Assembly (NCBI GenBank): GCA_963783805.1 | Contig: CAWAPC010000014.1 | Location: forward strand, 97,910 to 161,909 | Direction: 5' to 3' | Length of the DNA stretch: 64,000 bases | Source of the DNA: an uncultured Acidobacteriaceae bacterium | Lineage (GTDB): Bacteria; Acidobacteriota; Terriglobia; Terriglobales; Acidobacteriaceae | The notes under the pieces: model-generated | Told to the model about the DNA's origin: nothing | The model's database searches: none | What the model saw: only the letters and a program-made list of their open reading frames with translations | Translations under genes and position numbers: made by a program | Part shown: positions 43,070 through 55,140 of the stretch, in pieces | How the letters are laid out: every line of letters begins with the position of its first letter | Position numbering within the stretch: the stretch's first letter is position 1

Positions 43070-44101
43070 TCAATAGGCTGCGATTTCAGGCTCTTTTGCC
43101 GCGGGCAGCTTGCGTTTCAGATCTTCCGCAATCTGCCGCCCATGAAAGCGGCCGTTTTCGATAAAAATCTCGTTTGTGCGGGAGCCCGCGACAATTACGC
43201 CCGCGAGGTAAATTCCGGGAACGTTGCTTTCAAGACAATCAGGATCGCAAATCGGCAAACGGTCCTGGCCCTCGAAACGAACCCCGAGTGCGGTCAGGAA
43301 ATCAAAATCCGGATGATATCCGGTAAGTGCGAAAACGGTATCGTTAGGGATGGTTTGTGGCCCTTCCGGCGTTCCCAGGGTGACGGTGTCTATGCCGATT
43401 TCTGTTACGCGGCTGTTGAAGTGCGCTGCGATTTCGCCGTGTTTAATACGGTTTTCAATGTCGGGCATAATCCAATACTTCACATGCCTGTGAAGGGCGG
43501 GACCGCGATGCACAAGCGTTACGCGGGCTCCGTGACGCCATAGCTCGAGCGCCGCGATGGCGGCTGAGTTCTTTCCGCCGATGACAATTACGTCGAGATC
43601 GTAGTACGGGTGCGGATCGTCGTAATAGTGATGAACCTTTGGCAGTTCTTCGCCGGGAATGTTGAGGTAGTTGGGAAGATCGTAATATCCAGTGGCGACG
43701 ATTACCTTTTTCGTGCGGTAGGTTTCTGTCCGGCCGAATTTGTCTTTGGCGAGAACTTCAAAATTGCCGTCGCTGCCGGTGATGGATTCGACCTGCCGGT
43801 AGAGGCGCGCGTCGAGGGCATAATGCTCGGCTACTTTGCGGTAATACTCCAAGGCCTCATTGCGGACCGGCTTCGAATTCGGGCTTGGAAAAGGAATGTC
43901 GCCGATTTCGAGCAGTTCAGGCGTGGTGAAGAATGTCATGTGCGAGGGATAGTGAAAGATGGAATTGCAAAGGCAGCCCTTATCCACCAATACGCTGCGA
44001 AAACCAGCGCGCTGTGCTTCGATGGCGCACGCCATTCCGGTTGGGCCTGCGCCGATCACCAGAACGTCAAAGCCTTCTGAGTCTCTTCCCTCGCTGCTCA
44101 T
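43070..44101 (-). CDS. ypdA: YpdA-family FAD/NADPH disulfide reductase (bacillithiol-type)
   Basis: GAGPTG, MTFFTTPELLEIG, IGGKNSA, IFIENGRFHG. Confidence 0.85.
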   Translation of the reverse strand: MSSEGRDSEGFDVLVIGAGPTGMACAIEAQRAGFRSVLVDKGCLCNSIFHYPSHMTFFTTPELLEIGDIPFPSPNSKPVRNEALEYYRKVAEHYALDARLYRQVESITGSDGNFEVLAKDKFGRTETYRTKKVIVATGYYDLPNYLNIPGEELPKVHHYYDDPHPYYDLDVIVIGGKNSAAIAALELWRHGARVTLVHRGPALHRHVKYWIMPDIENRIKHGEIAAHFNSRVTEIGIDTVTLGTPEGPQTIPNDTVFALTGYHPDFDFLTALGVRFEGQDRLPICDPDCLESNVPGIYLAGVIVAGSRTNEIFIENGRFHGRQIAEDLKRKLPAAKEPEIAAY

Positions 44102-44188
44102 CTGTTTAGATTAGACGATTTGAGACGGCAATCGCTTATGCCCATGATCCGCCGCCGTCCGGCTCCTATACTCCTATAATTGAGACAC

Positions 44189-45713
44189 ATGGCTACCATC
44201 AGGCAGAACGACTTGATTCAGAGCGTGGCGGACGCGCTCCAGTACATCAGCTACTATCATCCGGCGGACTACATCCGGAATCTGGCGCGCGCGTATGAGA
44301 TGGAAGAATCCCCTGCGGCGCGCGATGCGATGGCGCAGATCCTTGTGAACTCGCGTATGTGCGCGGAGGGCCATCGCCCGATCTGCCAGGATACCGGGAT
44401 TGTGACTGTGTTTCTGAAGATAGGCATGGATGTTCGCTGGGACGCCGATCTGACGGTCGAAGAGATGGTGAATGAGGGCGTGCGGAAGGCCTATTTGCAT
44501 CCCGACAACAAGCTGCGCGCATCGATACTGGCGGATCCCGCGGGAGCTCGCAGGAATACGCGCGACAATACTCCGGCAGTTGTGAATGTGCAGCTGGTGC
44601 GCGGCGGCGAGGTTGAGGTTACGGTTGCGGCCAAGGGCGGAGGGTCGGAGGCGAAATCGAAGTTCGTGATGCTGAATCCTTCGGACTCGGTTGTGGAGTG
44701 GGTGCTGAAGACGGTTCCGACGATGGGCGCGGGCTGGTGTCCGCCGGGAATGCTGGGGATCGGCATTGGCGGCACGGCGGAAAAGGCGATGCTGATGGCT
44801 AAAGAGGCTTTGATGGAGCCGATTGATATTCAGGACGTGATTGCGCGCGGTCCCGCCAACAAACTCGAGGAGATGCGCGTTGAGATTTACCGCAAGGTGA
44901 ACGAGCTGGGCATTGGCGCGCAGGGACTGGGTGGGTTGACGACTGTTCTCGATGTGAAGATTCTGGATTATCCGACGCATGCGGCGAATCTGCCGGTGGC
45001 GATGATTCCCAACTGCGCGGCGACACGGCATGCTCATTTTGTGCTGGATGGTTCGGGGCCGGTGGCGCTTGATCCTCCTTCGCTGTCGGATTGGCCTTCG
45101 ATTACCTATGACGTTTCTACGGCGCGGCGGGTGAATCTGGATACGGTGACGCGAGAGGAAGTGGCGACGTGGAAGCCGGGCGAGGTTCTGCTGCTGAACG
45201 GCAAGCTGCTGACCGGGCGCGATGCGGCGCACAAGCGCATGACGGACATGCTGAATCGCGGCGAGAAGCTGCCGGTGGACTTCACGAATCGCTTTATCTA
45301 TTACGTTGGGCCGGTTGATCCGGTGCGCGAAGAGGTGATGGGTCCGGCGGGTCCGACGACGGCGACGCGCATGGACAAGTTCACGCGGCAGATGCTGGAA
45401 CAGACCGGGCTGCTGGGGATGGTTGGCAAGGCGGAGCGCGGGCCGGCGGCGATTGAGGCGATTCGCGATCATCGCGCTGTTTACCTGATGGCGGTTGGCG
45501 GCGCGGCTTATCTGGTTTCGAAGGCGATCAAGGCTTCGCGCGTGCTGGCGTTTGACGACCTGGGCATGGAGGCGATCTATGAGTTCGAGGTTGCAGGACA
45601 TGCCGGTGACCGTGGCGGTGGATTCGAAGGGCATATCTGTGCACGAGACCGGGCCGAAAGAGTGGCAGGCAAAGATCCAGAGTAGGATTGCCGGGGTTCC
45701 GATCCTCGCGTGA
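44189..45713 (+). CDS. Class I (Fe-S) fumarate hydratase, one frameshift near 45590
   Basis: ICQDTG, AKGGGSE, GWCPPG, GRDAAHKR, GPTTATRM, LGMEAIYEF. Confidence 0.93.
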
Positions 45714-45772
45714 ACTGGCCGTTCAGGCAATTGCTTCCCACACCAGTTTCGCGTGGCCGCTCCCGCTGGGCG
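45712..45772 (+). repeat. Stop-codon-associated repeat, copy 3
   Basis: GAACTGGCCGTTCAGGCAA..TTCGCGTGGCCGCTCCCGCTGGGCG. Confidence 0.7.
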
Positions 45773-45819
45773 CGTAGCCAGCGATCCGGGCACCGCCAAA
45801 GGGTTCCTCGGAGGTAAGG

Positions 45820-47209
45820 ATGGCTGACACGCGGAAAGAGAAGGATTCACTCGGGTTCATCGAAGTGCCAGCGCACTCCTATTACGGCGCGCAGACGGCG
45901 CGGGCGGTGCAGAACTATCCCATCTCAGGCAGGCGAGCGCATCCGGCGCTGATTCGAGCGTCGCGATGGTGAAGCAGGCCGCGGCAGAAGCTAATCGCGA
46001 GCTTGGGGTGGTTGATGCGGAGCGGGCCGATGCGATTGCGGCTGCCGCGCGTGAGGTAATCGACGGCAAATGGGATCGCGGAGTTTGTGGTCGATGTGTT
46101 TCAGGCGGGGGCGGGCGTCTCCTTCCACATGAACACGAATGAGGTAATCGCAAACCGCGCCAATGAGTTACTTGGCTCGCCACTCGGTGAGTATGCGCGG
46201 GTACATCCCAACGATCATGTGAACTACGGGCAGTCGACGAATGACGTCGTCCCGACTGCGATGCGACTGGCGACGCTGCTTGAACCTAGAGACGCTTTAT
46301 CCCATGCTCGATGGACTGGCGGCAAGCTTTGCTGCAAAGGGCAAGGAGTTCGACGGTGTGCTCAAGTCGGGGCGCACGCACATGCAAGATGCGGTTCCGA
46401 TGCGCCTAGGGCAGGAGTTTGCGGCCTACGGTGTGGCGATTTCTAAAGGCCGGAAGTCGCTGGCTTCGGCGGCAGATTCGCTTCGCGAACTGGGGCTGGG
46501 TGGATCGGCGGTAGGTACGGGGATCAATACGCATCCTGAGTATCGAGCGAAAGCGGTTGCGAACCTGGCGCGAATCTCGGGGCAAAAACTGGTTCCGGCT
46601 GAGGACATGCGCTGGGCGATGCAGTCGAATGCGTGCATGGGCGAGGTGAGTGCGGCGCTGCGCGGGATTGCGCTGGAGATCATCCGCATTTCGAATGACC
46701 TGCGGCTCCTTTCTTCGGGACCGAATACGGGGCTCGCCGAGATCAATCTGCCGAGCCTGCAGCCGGGGTCGTCGATCATGCCGGGGAAGATCAATCCCGT
46801 GATGGCGGAGCTGGCGGCGATGGTGAGCTTCCAAGTGATTGGCAACGATACCGCTGTGGCCTATGCAGTGCAGGCGGGCCAACTGGAGCTGAACGTGATG
46901 ATGCCGGCGATGGCCCACAATGTACTCGAAAGCATTACGATTCTGGCGAACATGGCGCGCGTGTTCGATGAGCGGTGCGTTCGTGGCATTACGGCGAATG
47001 TGGAGCGTTGCAATTTTTATGCGCAGAGCACGGTTTCGCTGGCTACGGCTCTGAATCCTTATATCGGCTACGCTAAGGCCGCGGAGCTGGTGAAGGAGTC
47101 GATCGCGTCGGGCGAGTCTATTATCTCTATCGCGCGCAAAAAGAAGCTGCTGAGCGACGAACAGATCTCTGAAATTCTCGATCCCGTTCGCATGACGGAA
47201 CCGGGCTAG
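45820..47209 (+). CDS. aspA: Aspartate ammonia-lyase (fumarase/aspartase superfamily), frameshifted
   Basis: [51 protein letters not shown]. Confidence 0.8.
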
Positions 47210-47250
47210 CCGTCCCGCAACTACTTCGCGTGGCGCTCCCTCTGGTTCGG
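47203..47250 (+). repeat. Stop-codon-associated repeat, copy 4
   Basis: GGGCTAGCCGTCCCGCAACTACTTCGCGTGGCGCTCCCTCTGGTTCGG. Confidence 0.65.
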
Positions 47251-47258
47251 ACTGATTC

Positions 47259-48071
47259 TCAGGGCACCACTGAACGACTGACTTCGCTTCCCTTCAGGAT
47301 TTTTTCTACTCGCTGCAGGTCTTCTTCGGTGTCTACTCCGATGGTGTCGTAGGGCGTTTCGGTTACGTAGATGTCGATTCCGTTTTCGAGGAAGCGTAGC
47401 TGCTCGAGTTTTTCCGCGGCTTCAAGGGCGCTGGGCGCGAGATTTGGAAACTGCTGCAGAGCGGCGCGGCGGTAGGCATAGATTCCGAGGTGCTTGCGAT
47501 AGGCGATGCTTCCCTGCTGGTCGCGGTCGCAGGGGATGGTGGCTCGGGAGAAGTAGAGCGCGCGTCCGTTGGCCGCTGTTACTACTTTTACTGCGTTCGG
47601 ATTATCGATTTGGTCTCCAGTGCAGGGCGTGGCCAGCGTTGCTACTGCGACTTCGGCGCGGCTGAAAGGCTCGAGAAGCGATGCGATGTGTTCGGGACGG
47701 AGCATGGGTTCGTCGCCCTGGATATTGACGTAGATATCCGCTGGGATGGATTGGGCTACGGCGTGGACGCGATCGGTTCCGCTGGCGCAATCGGCGGGCG
47801 TGAAGACGGCGGGCAGGCCGTGCTGCTGGGCGAAGGCGAGAACTTCGTCGGAGTCGGTTGCGATAAGCACCTGATCGAGCAACGGACAGGCGCGCGCGGC
47901 GCGATAGACCCGGGCGAGCATCGGCTCTCCGGCAATTTCGCGCAGGACTTTTCGCGGCAGGCGAGTGGAGGCGAGGCGGGCCGGGATTACGGCGAGGGTT
48001 CGCTGTTTGATTGCCCCGTCGCCGGGTGTCCTGGGTTTTGCCACGTTGGATTTTGCTCCCTTTCTTCCCAA
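47259..48071 (-). CDS. kdsB: 3-deoxy-manno-octulosonate cytidylyltransferase
   Basis: IPARLASTRLPRK, SGTDR, NIQGDEP, LYFSR, EKLEQLRFLE. Confidence 0.95.
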   Translation of the reverse strand: MGRKGAKSNVAKPRTPGDGAIKQRTLAVIPARLASTRLPRKVLREIAGEPMLARVYRAARACPLLDQVLIATDSDEVLAFAQQHGLPAVFTPADCASGTDRVHAVAQSIPADIYVNIQGDEPMLRPEHIASLLEPFSRAEVAVATLATPCTGDQIDNPNAVKVVTAANGRALYFSRATIPCDRDQQGSIAYRKHLGIYAYRRAALQQFPNLAPSALEAAEKLEQLRFLENGIDIYVTETPYDTIGVDTEEDLQRVEKILKGSEVSRSVVP

Positions 48072-48446
48072 GTGAGTTTACCTTGGGAGGGGGTTCGGCT
48101 GTGGTGGTGTCACGGACCACCCCTACCCCTATTTTTGTGTCCGCTTTCCTTGTAAATGATTCATTCAGTTTAGTTTTCATAAAGGCGCAATTGCGCTAGT
48201 TCATTGATTCGATGAGCTTTTCAGACAAATTATTGAGCTCGGGCGAGTTCAGAGCCGGAAGGAGTTTTCTGACGAATTTCTGGAAGGATTTGCTCGGCGT
48301 CGACTCTCTGTTGCGGACGCCGATGCGGAGGGCTGGCTGGAATTTGGGATAGACGCGCAGGTCTGCGGACTACCAGTGAGGCATTCTTATCCTTGGGGCC
48401 GCTTGGGAGCGACGGCGCCGCCGCTCCCGCGCGTTCGATTTACCCC

Positions 48447-49803
48447 TCAGGGCAGCAATGCGGGTTTGGCCCTCTGCGCCAGATCCAGAGCCTGCTGTGG
48501 AAACCAGGCTCCCGCGATCGGATCATCGAGGCCCCATAGTGGATCGAAGACCGCCTGGCCGGCCGCATCCGTTGGCCATCCGGACAGGGTGTAGTCCGCA
48601 TAGTTCCACGCCCGCGCTCCTCCGGCGGCGTCACACGTGCCATCCGACTGGCCTGGTGTCTTCACCCAGAGATAAGCGTCGAGCAGCGAAACGCCCGTGT
48701 TTGCGGTGGGATGAGTTCCCAGCCCGCGTGCCGGAGGGTTGCACCAGCTGCCATTGGTGAGGGTCTGGACGACCGAGGCCGGCTGGTTATACGGTGCATT
48801 CGCGTAGATGCTGGCGTCGAGCGGTCCCTGACCGTTGCGGCTGGCGTCAATCACGAAATGTGTGGTGGGTACGGCAGCCCCCATGTTCTGCTGATACCAC
48901 TCGTCGGTGTAGACCCAGGTCGCAATGTTGTCCGGATCGACCGTTCCGAGAGGCGAGTAGTACTGGCTGGCGCAATACGAATAGTTCCCCAGCCGCCAGC
49001 CGCCCTGCTCCGGGTCCATCCCGAACGCGATGCAGTCGGAGACCCAGGTGTCATAGGTCGTTTCGTAATTGTTCAGATTGAAGTTCGATACGTTCGTGAA
49101 AAATCCTTGTGCCTGCTGAATGCCGGCCTGGACGAGCCGTTGCGTCATAATCGGCACTGCCTGCCAGTGACTATTGCCCGCATCCAGATAAACGAGCGTC
49201 TGCGGTCCGGCTTCCAGCGTAGTGACTGCATAGTTGATCTGCGTATAGCGGTCGGACGTTAACTGCGCAACAGTCGCCGCCGAGCAGATTGTATCCGCAA
49301 TCGCTAGGCAGGTCAGCCAGAGCGTCCGGCTCCAGTATGATGACTGCTTTCTGACCGCCGATCGCCGCTGCAATGGCATCAATCCACGTCTCATAATCCG
49401 CGGTGTTCTCGGCGCCGCCCGCCGAGTAGCTGCCGCAATCGCGGCCAGGAATGTTGTAGAGGACCAGCACCGGTACTGCTCGCTCAAAAGCCGCTTCCCG
49501 GAGAGTCGATGTCACGGTGGCGCTCACCTCAGAAGGCGTGCCGCTAGTGAGCCACACCGCCTGCGGGACCGTCTCCATGGCGGTAATCAGCAGAGCGTTC
49601 TTCAACTGGCCCTGCTTCAACAGGCTCTCCACCTGCTGCACGGCTCCGCTGGGCGGCTTGGGGATAAAGAAACGAGTGTTGGCCGGCAGCGTCTTCGACT
49701 GCCCGTGCGCCGTTGCGAATGAAATCAGCAACAGTGCCGCTCCTGAGGCAAATCTGCGCAGAGGGCGCAAAGCCATATTTGTGTTGCGGGCTGTGTTGTG
49801 CAT
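48447..49803 (-). CDS. GH6 cellulase (endoglucanase/cellobiohydrolase), one frameshift near 49290
   Basis: LYNIPGRDC, ILEPDAL, YLDAGNSHW, NVSNF, WCNP, WVKTPGQSDG, AGAWF; signal peptide. Confidence 0.88.
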
Positions 49804-49828
49804 TGTGAAGCCTCCTGGTGTCGGTAAG

Positions 49829-49890
49829 ATCACGCGCCCCACCTTATAGATCACGCGCCCCACCTTATAGACCACGCGCCCACCTTATAG
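49829..49890. repeat. Three tandem 21-bp repeats upstream of the GH6 gene
   Basis: ATCACGCGCCCCACCTTATAG x2 plus ACCACGCGCCCACCTTATAG. Confidence 0.9.
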
Positions 49891-49999
49891 AGCAGCCCAT
49901 CACAACTTGTCAACCTTTGGAGCCGCAACTATAACGTTTGAGCAGAGGTCCGCGGTCGCGCCATCGGCCGAGCTGGGCTGCGCCGTCAAATGACGACTC

Positions 50000-50373
50000 C
50001 AGGGCATTGCGCTCATTGAGCGAGAAGGCGATGTATCGCTTACCGATATCTACGCTAGCGAAAGGCAGTTCCTGCGGTGGCGGCGCCCGCATGACTGTCT
50101 TTATGCTTGTCGATAATGCGCGTATTATGAATTTCCACGTACGGAATCGGGCTTATCCCGATCGTTGCGCCGCACTACATCGAGAACACAGGGATGATGA
50201 TCTGGTGTTTCTGGAGATGTTCGCCGCACCGGAGCTCCTCGACATCTCCCTTAACCAGTCGATCTGCCACTTGCCAAACCTGATCGTCAAGGGCACACAA
50301 GCCTCACAGAACGGGAAATCGATGAGTTACCGAACGACAAGACGCCAGTACTTATGCGAGAGTCGCTCGGGTG
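50000..50373 (+). pseudogene. Degenerate 3' remnant of an oxalate decarboxylase (bicupin)
   Basis: Across frames: GARMTVF..NARIMNFH..APHYIENTG-DDDLVFLEMF..DISLNQ..EIDELPNDKTPVL, similar to OxdC cupin 2; 5' part missing. Confidence 0.7.
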
Positions 50374-50471
50374 AGGGTCTCACAAAGAGATGTGAGTCGA
50401 CAGACGCAGATTGACTCTTCGGGAGCGGGCAGACATAGCCTGCTCCAGGACGGCAAACGGGGAGAGTGCTT

Positions 50472-53400
50472 ATGTGGATTGTTCGCTTTGCCCTGCAGAG
50501 GCCTTACACCTTCGTCATTGTCGCGGTGTTGATCGCGATCTTCGGCATCGGCCGCAATCCTGAACGACGCCGACGGATATTTTGCCGGACATCAATATTC
50601 CGATCGTGAGCGTGATCTGGACCTACAGCGGGATGGATGCCGATGACATGTCCAAGCGCATCGTCGGGGTCTGCGAGCGGGCGCTTCCAACCACGGTCAA
50701 TAACATCCAGTACACCGAGTCGCAGTCGTATAGCGGCGTCGGAGTTATCAAGATCCATTTTCAGCCGGGTGTGCAGGTGGATCTTGCGATTGCGCAGGTT
50801 ACGGCGCTGGCGCAGTCGCTGTTGCGCCTGATGCCTCCGGGGATCCTTGCCGCCGTATGTGCTGAAGTACGACGCTTCCAGCGTTCCTATCGTGCAGGTG
50901 AGCCTGGGCGGAAAGGGGCTTTCGCAAACCGAGCTCTATGACCTGGGGCAGAACTTTATTCGCGGGCAGTTGGCGACGATCAAGGGCGCCGCGGTGCCGC
51001 TGCCATATGGCGGCGAGCAGCGATCCATCATGGTGGACGTGGAGCCGTGTGCAACTGGCGGCCAATCACCTGACCGCCTCAGGATATTTCAGCCGCGCTG
51101 AATAACCAGAATCTGGTCACGCCCTCCGGCACGGAGAAGATTGGCGACCGGGAGTACCTGGTGGGAACCAACAGCAGCGCCGGGCACGATCGCGGAGCTG
51201 AACGCCCTGCCGATCCGGACGATGAATGGCGCGGTAGTGCAGATGAAGGATGTGGCCTGGATTCACAACGGATACCAGCCGCAGACAAGCTATGTGAGTG
51301 AGAACGGCCAGGCTTCGGCGCTGTTGACCGTGATCAAGAACGGCGCTTCTTCAACACTGACCATCGTGGATGAGGTGAAAGCGGCGATTCCGCAGCATCA
51401 AGGCCGGGCTACCGAGCGCGCTGACACTGACGCCGATCTTCGATCAATCGGTGCTCGTGCGGGCATCGATCCGCGATGTGGTGCAGGAGGCGATGACGGC
51501 CGCGTTTCTCACCGCCATGATGGTGCTGGTGTTTCTGGGCAGCTGGCGAAGCACGCTGATTGTGAGCGTATCGATTCCGCTTGGCGGTATTGTTCGCCAT
51601 TGCGGTGTCTTCGGCTCTCGGCGAGACGATCAACATGATGTCGCTGGGAGGACTGGCGCTGGCGGTGGGCATGCTGGTCGACGATGCGACGGTGGAGATC
51701 GAAAACACGCACCGCAATCTCGGCGTTGGGCGAGAAGAAGCCGCTGGCCAGCGCGATACTGGACAGCGCGGAGCAGGTGGCGATGCCGGCGCTGATCTCG
51801 ACCATGTGCGATCTGCATCGTGTTTGTGCCGGTGACGTTGCTCTCCGGCTCGGCGAAGTACATCTTCACCCCACTGGCGCTGAACGTGGTGCTGGCGATG
51901 GTTGCGTCTTATGGGCTGTCGCGAACGCTGGTACCCACCATGATGCACTTCCTTCTGCCGAAGGAGGTGCCGCTGTATCAGGAGCCGGAAAAGGAATCGC
52001 CGCTGAGCCGAAGCTTGATTTGGCGCTTTCACAGAGGTTTGAGCATGGGTTTGACTGGTTTGCAGGAGAAGTACAAGGCCGGCTTGGAGTGGGCGCTGGG
52101 GCACGCGCGCATCGACGCTGGTCGCATTCGCGGTGATGTGCACTCGGTTCGCTGGCGTTGATTCCGGTGGTCGGCCGGGACTTTTTCCCCTATGTGGATT
52201 CCGGGCAGATGGAGTTCCACGTCCGGCCGCCGGCGGGCACGCGGATCGAAACGGCAACGGAGGTGTTCAAGCGGGTCAATCGAGGAGATTCGGCGGGTAA
52301 TTCCGCCGGAGCAGCTGCAGATGGTGGTGAACAACATCGGGCTGCCGCCGGGTGGTGTGAACCTGGCCTACTCGGCGAGCGATACAACGAGCAACGGGGA
52401 TGGGGACGTGCTGGTGCTGCTCGCGGCCAAACACCGGCCGACGCAGGAATGGATGCAGGTTCTGCGGCAGGACCTCGCGCAGAAGTTTCCCCAGGAAACG
52501 TTTTTCTTCGAACCGGCCGACATCACGAATCAGACGCTGAACTTTGGGCTTCCTGCGCCGATCGATGTGCAGGTGCGCGGAAAAGACGCAGCGTCGACAG
52601 CGCGAATCGCCGACAATGCTGCAGGAGCAGATCAAGGATATTCCGGGTGCGGCGGACGTGTTCATGCAGCAGGAGGTCAATGCGCCGAAACTGAACATCA
52701 ACGTGGACCGGCTCAAGGCGCAGGAGCTCGGCGCTCACGGCAAGGGACGTCTCCGACAATGTGCTGCTGTCGCTGTCGGGCAGCGGGCAGGTTGCGCCGA
52801 ACTTCTGGCTCGATCCGCAGACGGGCGTCGAATACCCGGTGATCGTGCAGGTGCCGCAGTACCGGCTGCACAACCTCGACACGCTGGAGCAGACGCCGGT
52901 TACGTCGCCAATGCCCGGCGCAGGCGACCAGCTGTTACGCAATGTTTCCGAGACCGAGCGGCAGGTTTCACCGCATGACCGTTTCCCACTACAACGCGCT
53001 GCCCGTCATGGACGTATTCGCGAACGTGGAGCAGCGCGACCTGGGCGGGGTGGCCAGCGATGTGCAGAAGATCATCAGGAAGAATTCGCAGCACCTGCCG
53101 CCCGGCGTGGAGATCGTTCTGAGCGGCCAGGTGCTGACGATGAACACCTCCTTTGCGAACCTGGAGATTGGGATTGCCGCGGCAGTGGTGTTTGTGTACC
53201 TGCTGATGGCGATGAACTTCCAGTCATGGACCATCCCGTTCATCATTCTGATGGCGCTGCCAGGAGCCTTCGCGGGCATCGTATGGATGCTGTTTCTGAC
53301 GCAGACAACGTTCAACGTGCCCTCACTGATGGGGGCGCTGATGACCATTGGCGTGGCAACCGCCAACAGCATCCTGGTGGTCAGCTTCGCCAACGAATCG

Positions 53401-53705
53401 CGCGGTCAGGGCACGGACAGCAAGGATTCAAAGCAGGCGGCGCTGATCGCGGGCGCGACCCGGCTGCGGCCGGTCTGCATGACGGCGCTGGCGATGATCA
53501 TCGGCATGCTCCCGATGGCGCTGTCGCTGGGCGAGGGCGGCGAGCAGAACGCGCCCATCGGACGGGCGGTGATCGGCGGGCTGCTGTTCGCTACGGTGGG
53601 GACGTTGTTTATCGTGCCGGTGATGTATTCGCTGATGAGTAAGCAGGCTGCCGGTGAACTGGGAGAAGCGTTTGGACAGACGAGATCGAAGGAGCGCCCC
53701 AATGA
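50472..53705 (+). CDS. RND efflux permease (AcrB family), many frameshifts
   Basis: MWIVRFALQRPYTF, PDINIPIVSV, LAVGMLVDDATVEIEN, GVATANSIL, TRLRPVCMT, GEGGEQNAPIG. Confidence 0.88.
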
Positions 53706-55061
53706 GCGACATGCGGGGACCGCACCGGCCCGGCAAGCACACGAGCGAAGCACGAGCACCAGCAGCGAGCGGATGTTATGGATTCTGATGGCGGTCGTGG
53801 TGCTGGCGCTGGCGCCTGCTGCTGGGATGGCTGCCCCACTATAAGCGCAACAAGGAAGTGAACGCCGAGGGCCAACAAGAGAAGAACTCATTGCCGATAG
53901 TAGAGGTGCAGACGGTACATACCGCAAGTTCGGAGCAGGAGCTGACGTTGCCGGGCACGGTGACCCCGCTCCGCAGTGCGCACATTTATGCGCGCGCCTC
54001 GGGCTATTTGAAGGCGCCGTTACGTCGACCTGGGGGATACGGTACACAAGGGGCAGTTGCTGGGGGTGATCTCGGCTCCCGACCTGGACGCCTCGGTCGC
54101 GCAGCAGGCGGCAGCTGTGCAGCAAAGCAAAGACAACGTGCTGACCGCGCAATCCACACTGCGGCTGCAGCAGGCGACCTATACCCGGGTGCACACGCTG
54201 GTGCTCCACGGCATTCTTTCCGGGCAGGACGACGACACGGCGTCGGCGGCGCGTTGAGTCGGCGCAATCGAACCTGCAGGCGATGGAGAGTGCGGTGAAG
54301 GGAGCGCAGGAGGCGTTGGCGCATGCGCAGGCACTGGCAGACTTCGAGCAGGTTCGCTCGCCCATCAACGGCACCATCACGGCACGCAACGTCGAGGTGG
54401 GCAATCTGGTTTCGGCTTCGGGAGCCGCACAGGGTCTGCCGGCCGACGCAGGCTCCACGGGCGGGCCCACCGACGGGCGGCGCGCAGGGCGGCGAATTGT
54501 TCGATGTCGTGGACCTCGGCAGTCTGGAGGTATTTGTCTCCGTGCCGGAGCAGGATGCGCCTTTCGTGCAGACCGGCCAGCCGGTGGACCTCACCTTTTC
54601 CGAGTTGCCGGGAGAGACATTCAAGGGCAAGGTGGTTCGCAGCAGCGATTCTCTCAGCCAACAGAGCCGGACGCTGCTCGCTGAGATACAGGTCAGCGAT
54701 CCCGGAGCACCGGTTGCGGCCTGGCATGTTCGCTTCCGCGCAGATGCATTACAGGGCCCCGAACCCAGGCATCCTGATCTCCGGCGACAGCCTGCTTACT
54801 TTGGCGCGCGGTCAGTTTGTGCCGGTGGTGGAGAACAATGTCGTCCAGATGCGGCCCGTGAATGTAGGACGAGACCTGGGAACCCAGGTGTACGTCACCG
54901 CTGGACTGGAGGACGGCGATCTCGTCGTGGTGAACCCCAATGACGCTCTGAAGCAGGGTGCCCGCGTGAATACGCGGCCCGCTCCCGCCGGCCAGCAGGG
55001 CGGCATTACAGAACCCGGCGCAGGAGGGAAGAGTGGCAACCAGGGTGGACAGGATCAATAG
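53702..55061 (+). CDS. RND periplasmic adaptor (MFP), frameshifted
   Basis: LPGTV..IYARASGYL, VRSPINGTITARNV, LRPGMFA, VGRDLG. Confidence 0.85.
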
Positions 55062-55140
55062 AACAGAGCCCTGCGTCGCAAAGGGAACGTGCTCGATCGA
55101 GCTTGTTTCCGCGCACTCAGCGGTGCGGCGTAGTTCCTGG

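Noticed and set aside
43049-43072. ECF-type promoter TGAAC..GTCTA upstream of the kinase
   Set aside because: The spacer is only 14 nt, too short for the usual ECF geometry.
44174-45850. 558-aa minus-strand ORF
   Set aside because: Antisense shadow of fumarate hydratase; Arg/His-rich with no recognisable motifs.
49829-49890. 21-bp repeats as CRISPR or plasmid iterons
   Set aside because: No spacers, and no cas or rep gene nearby.
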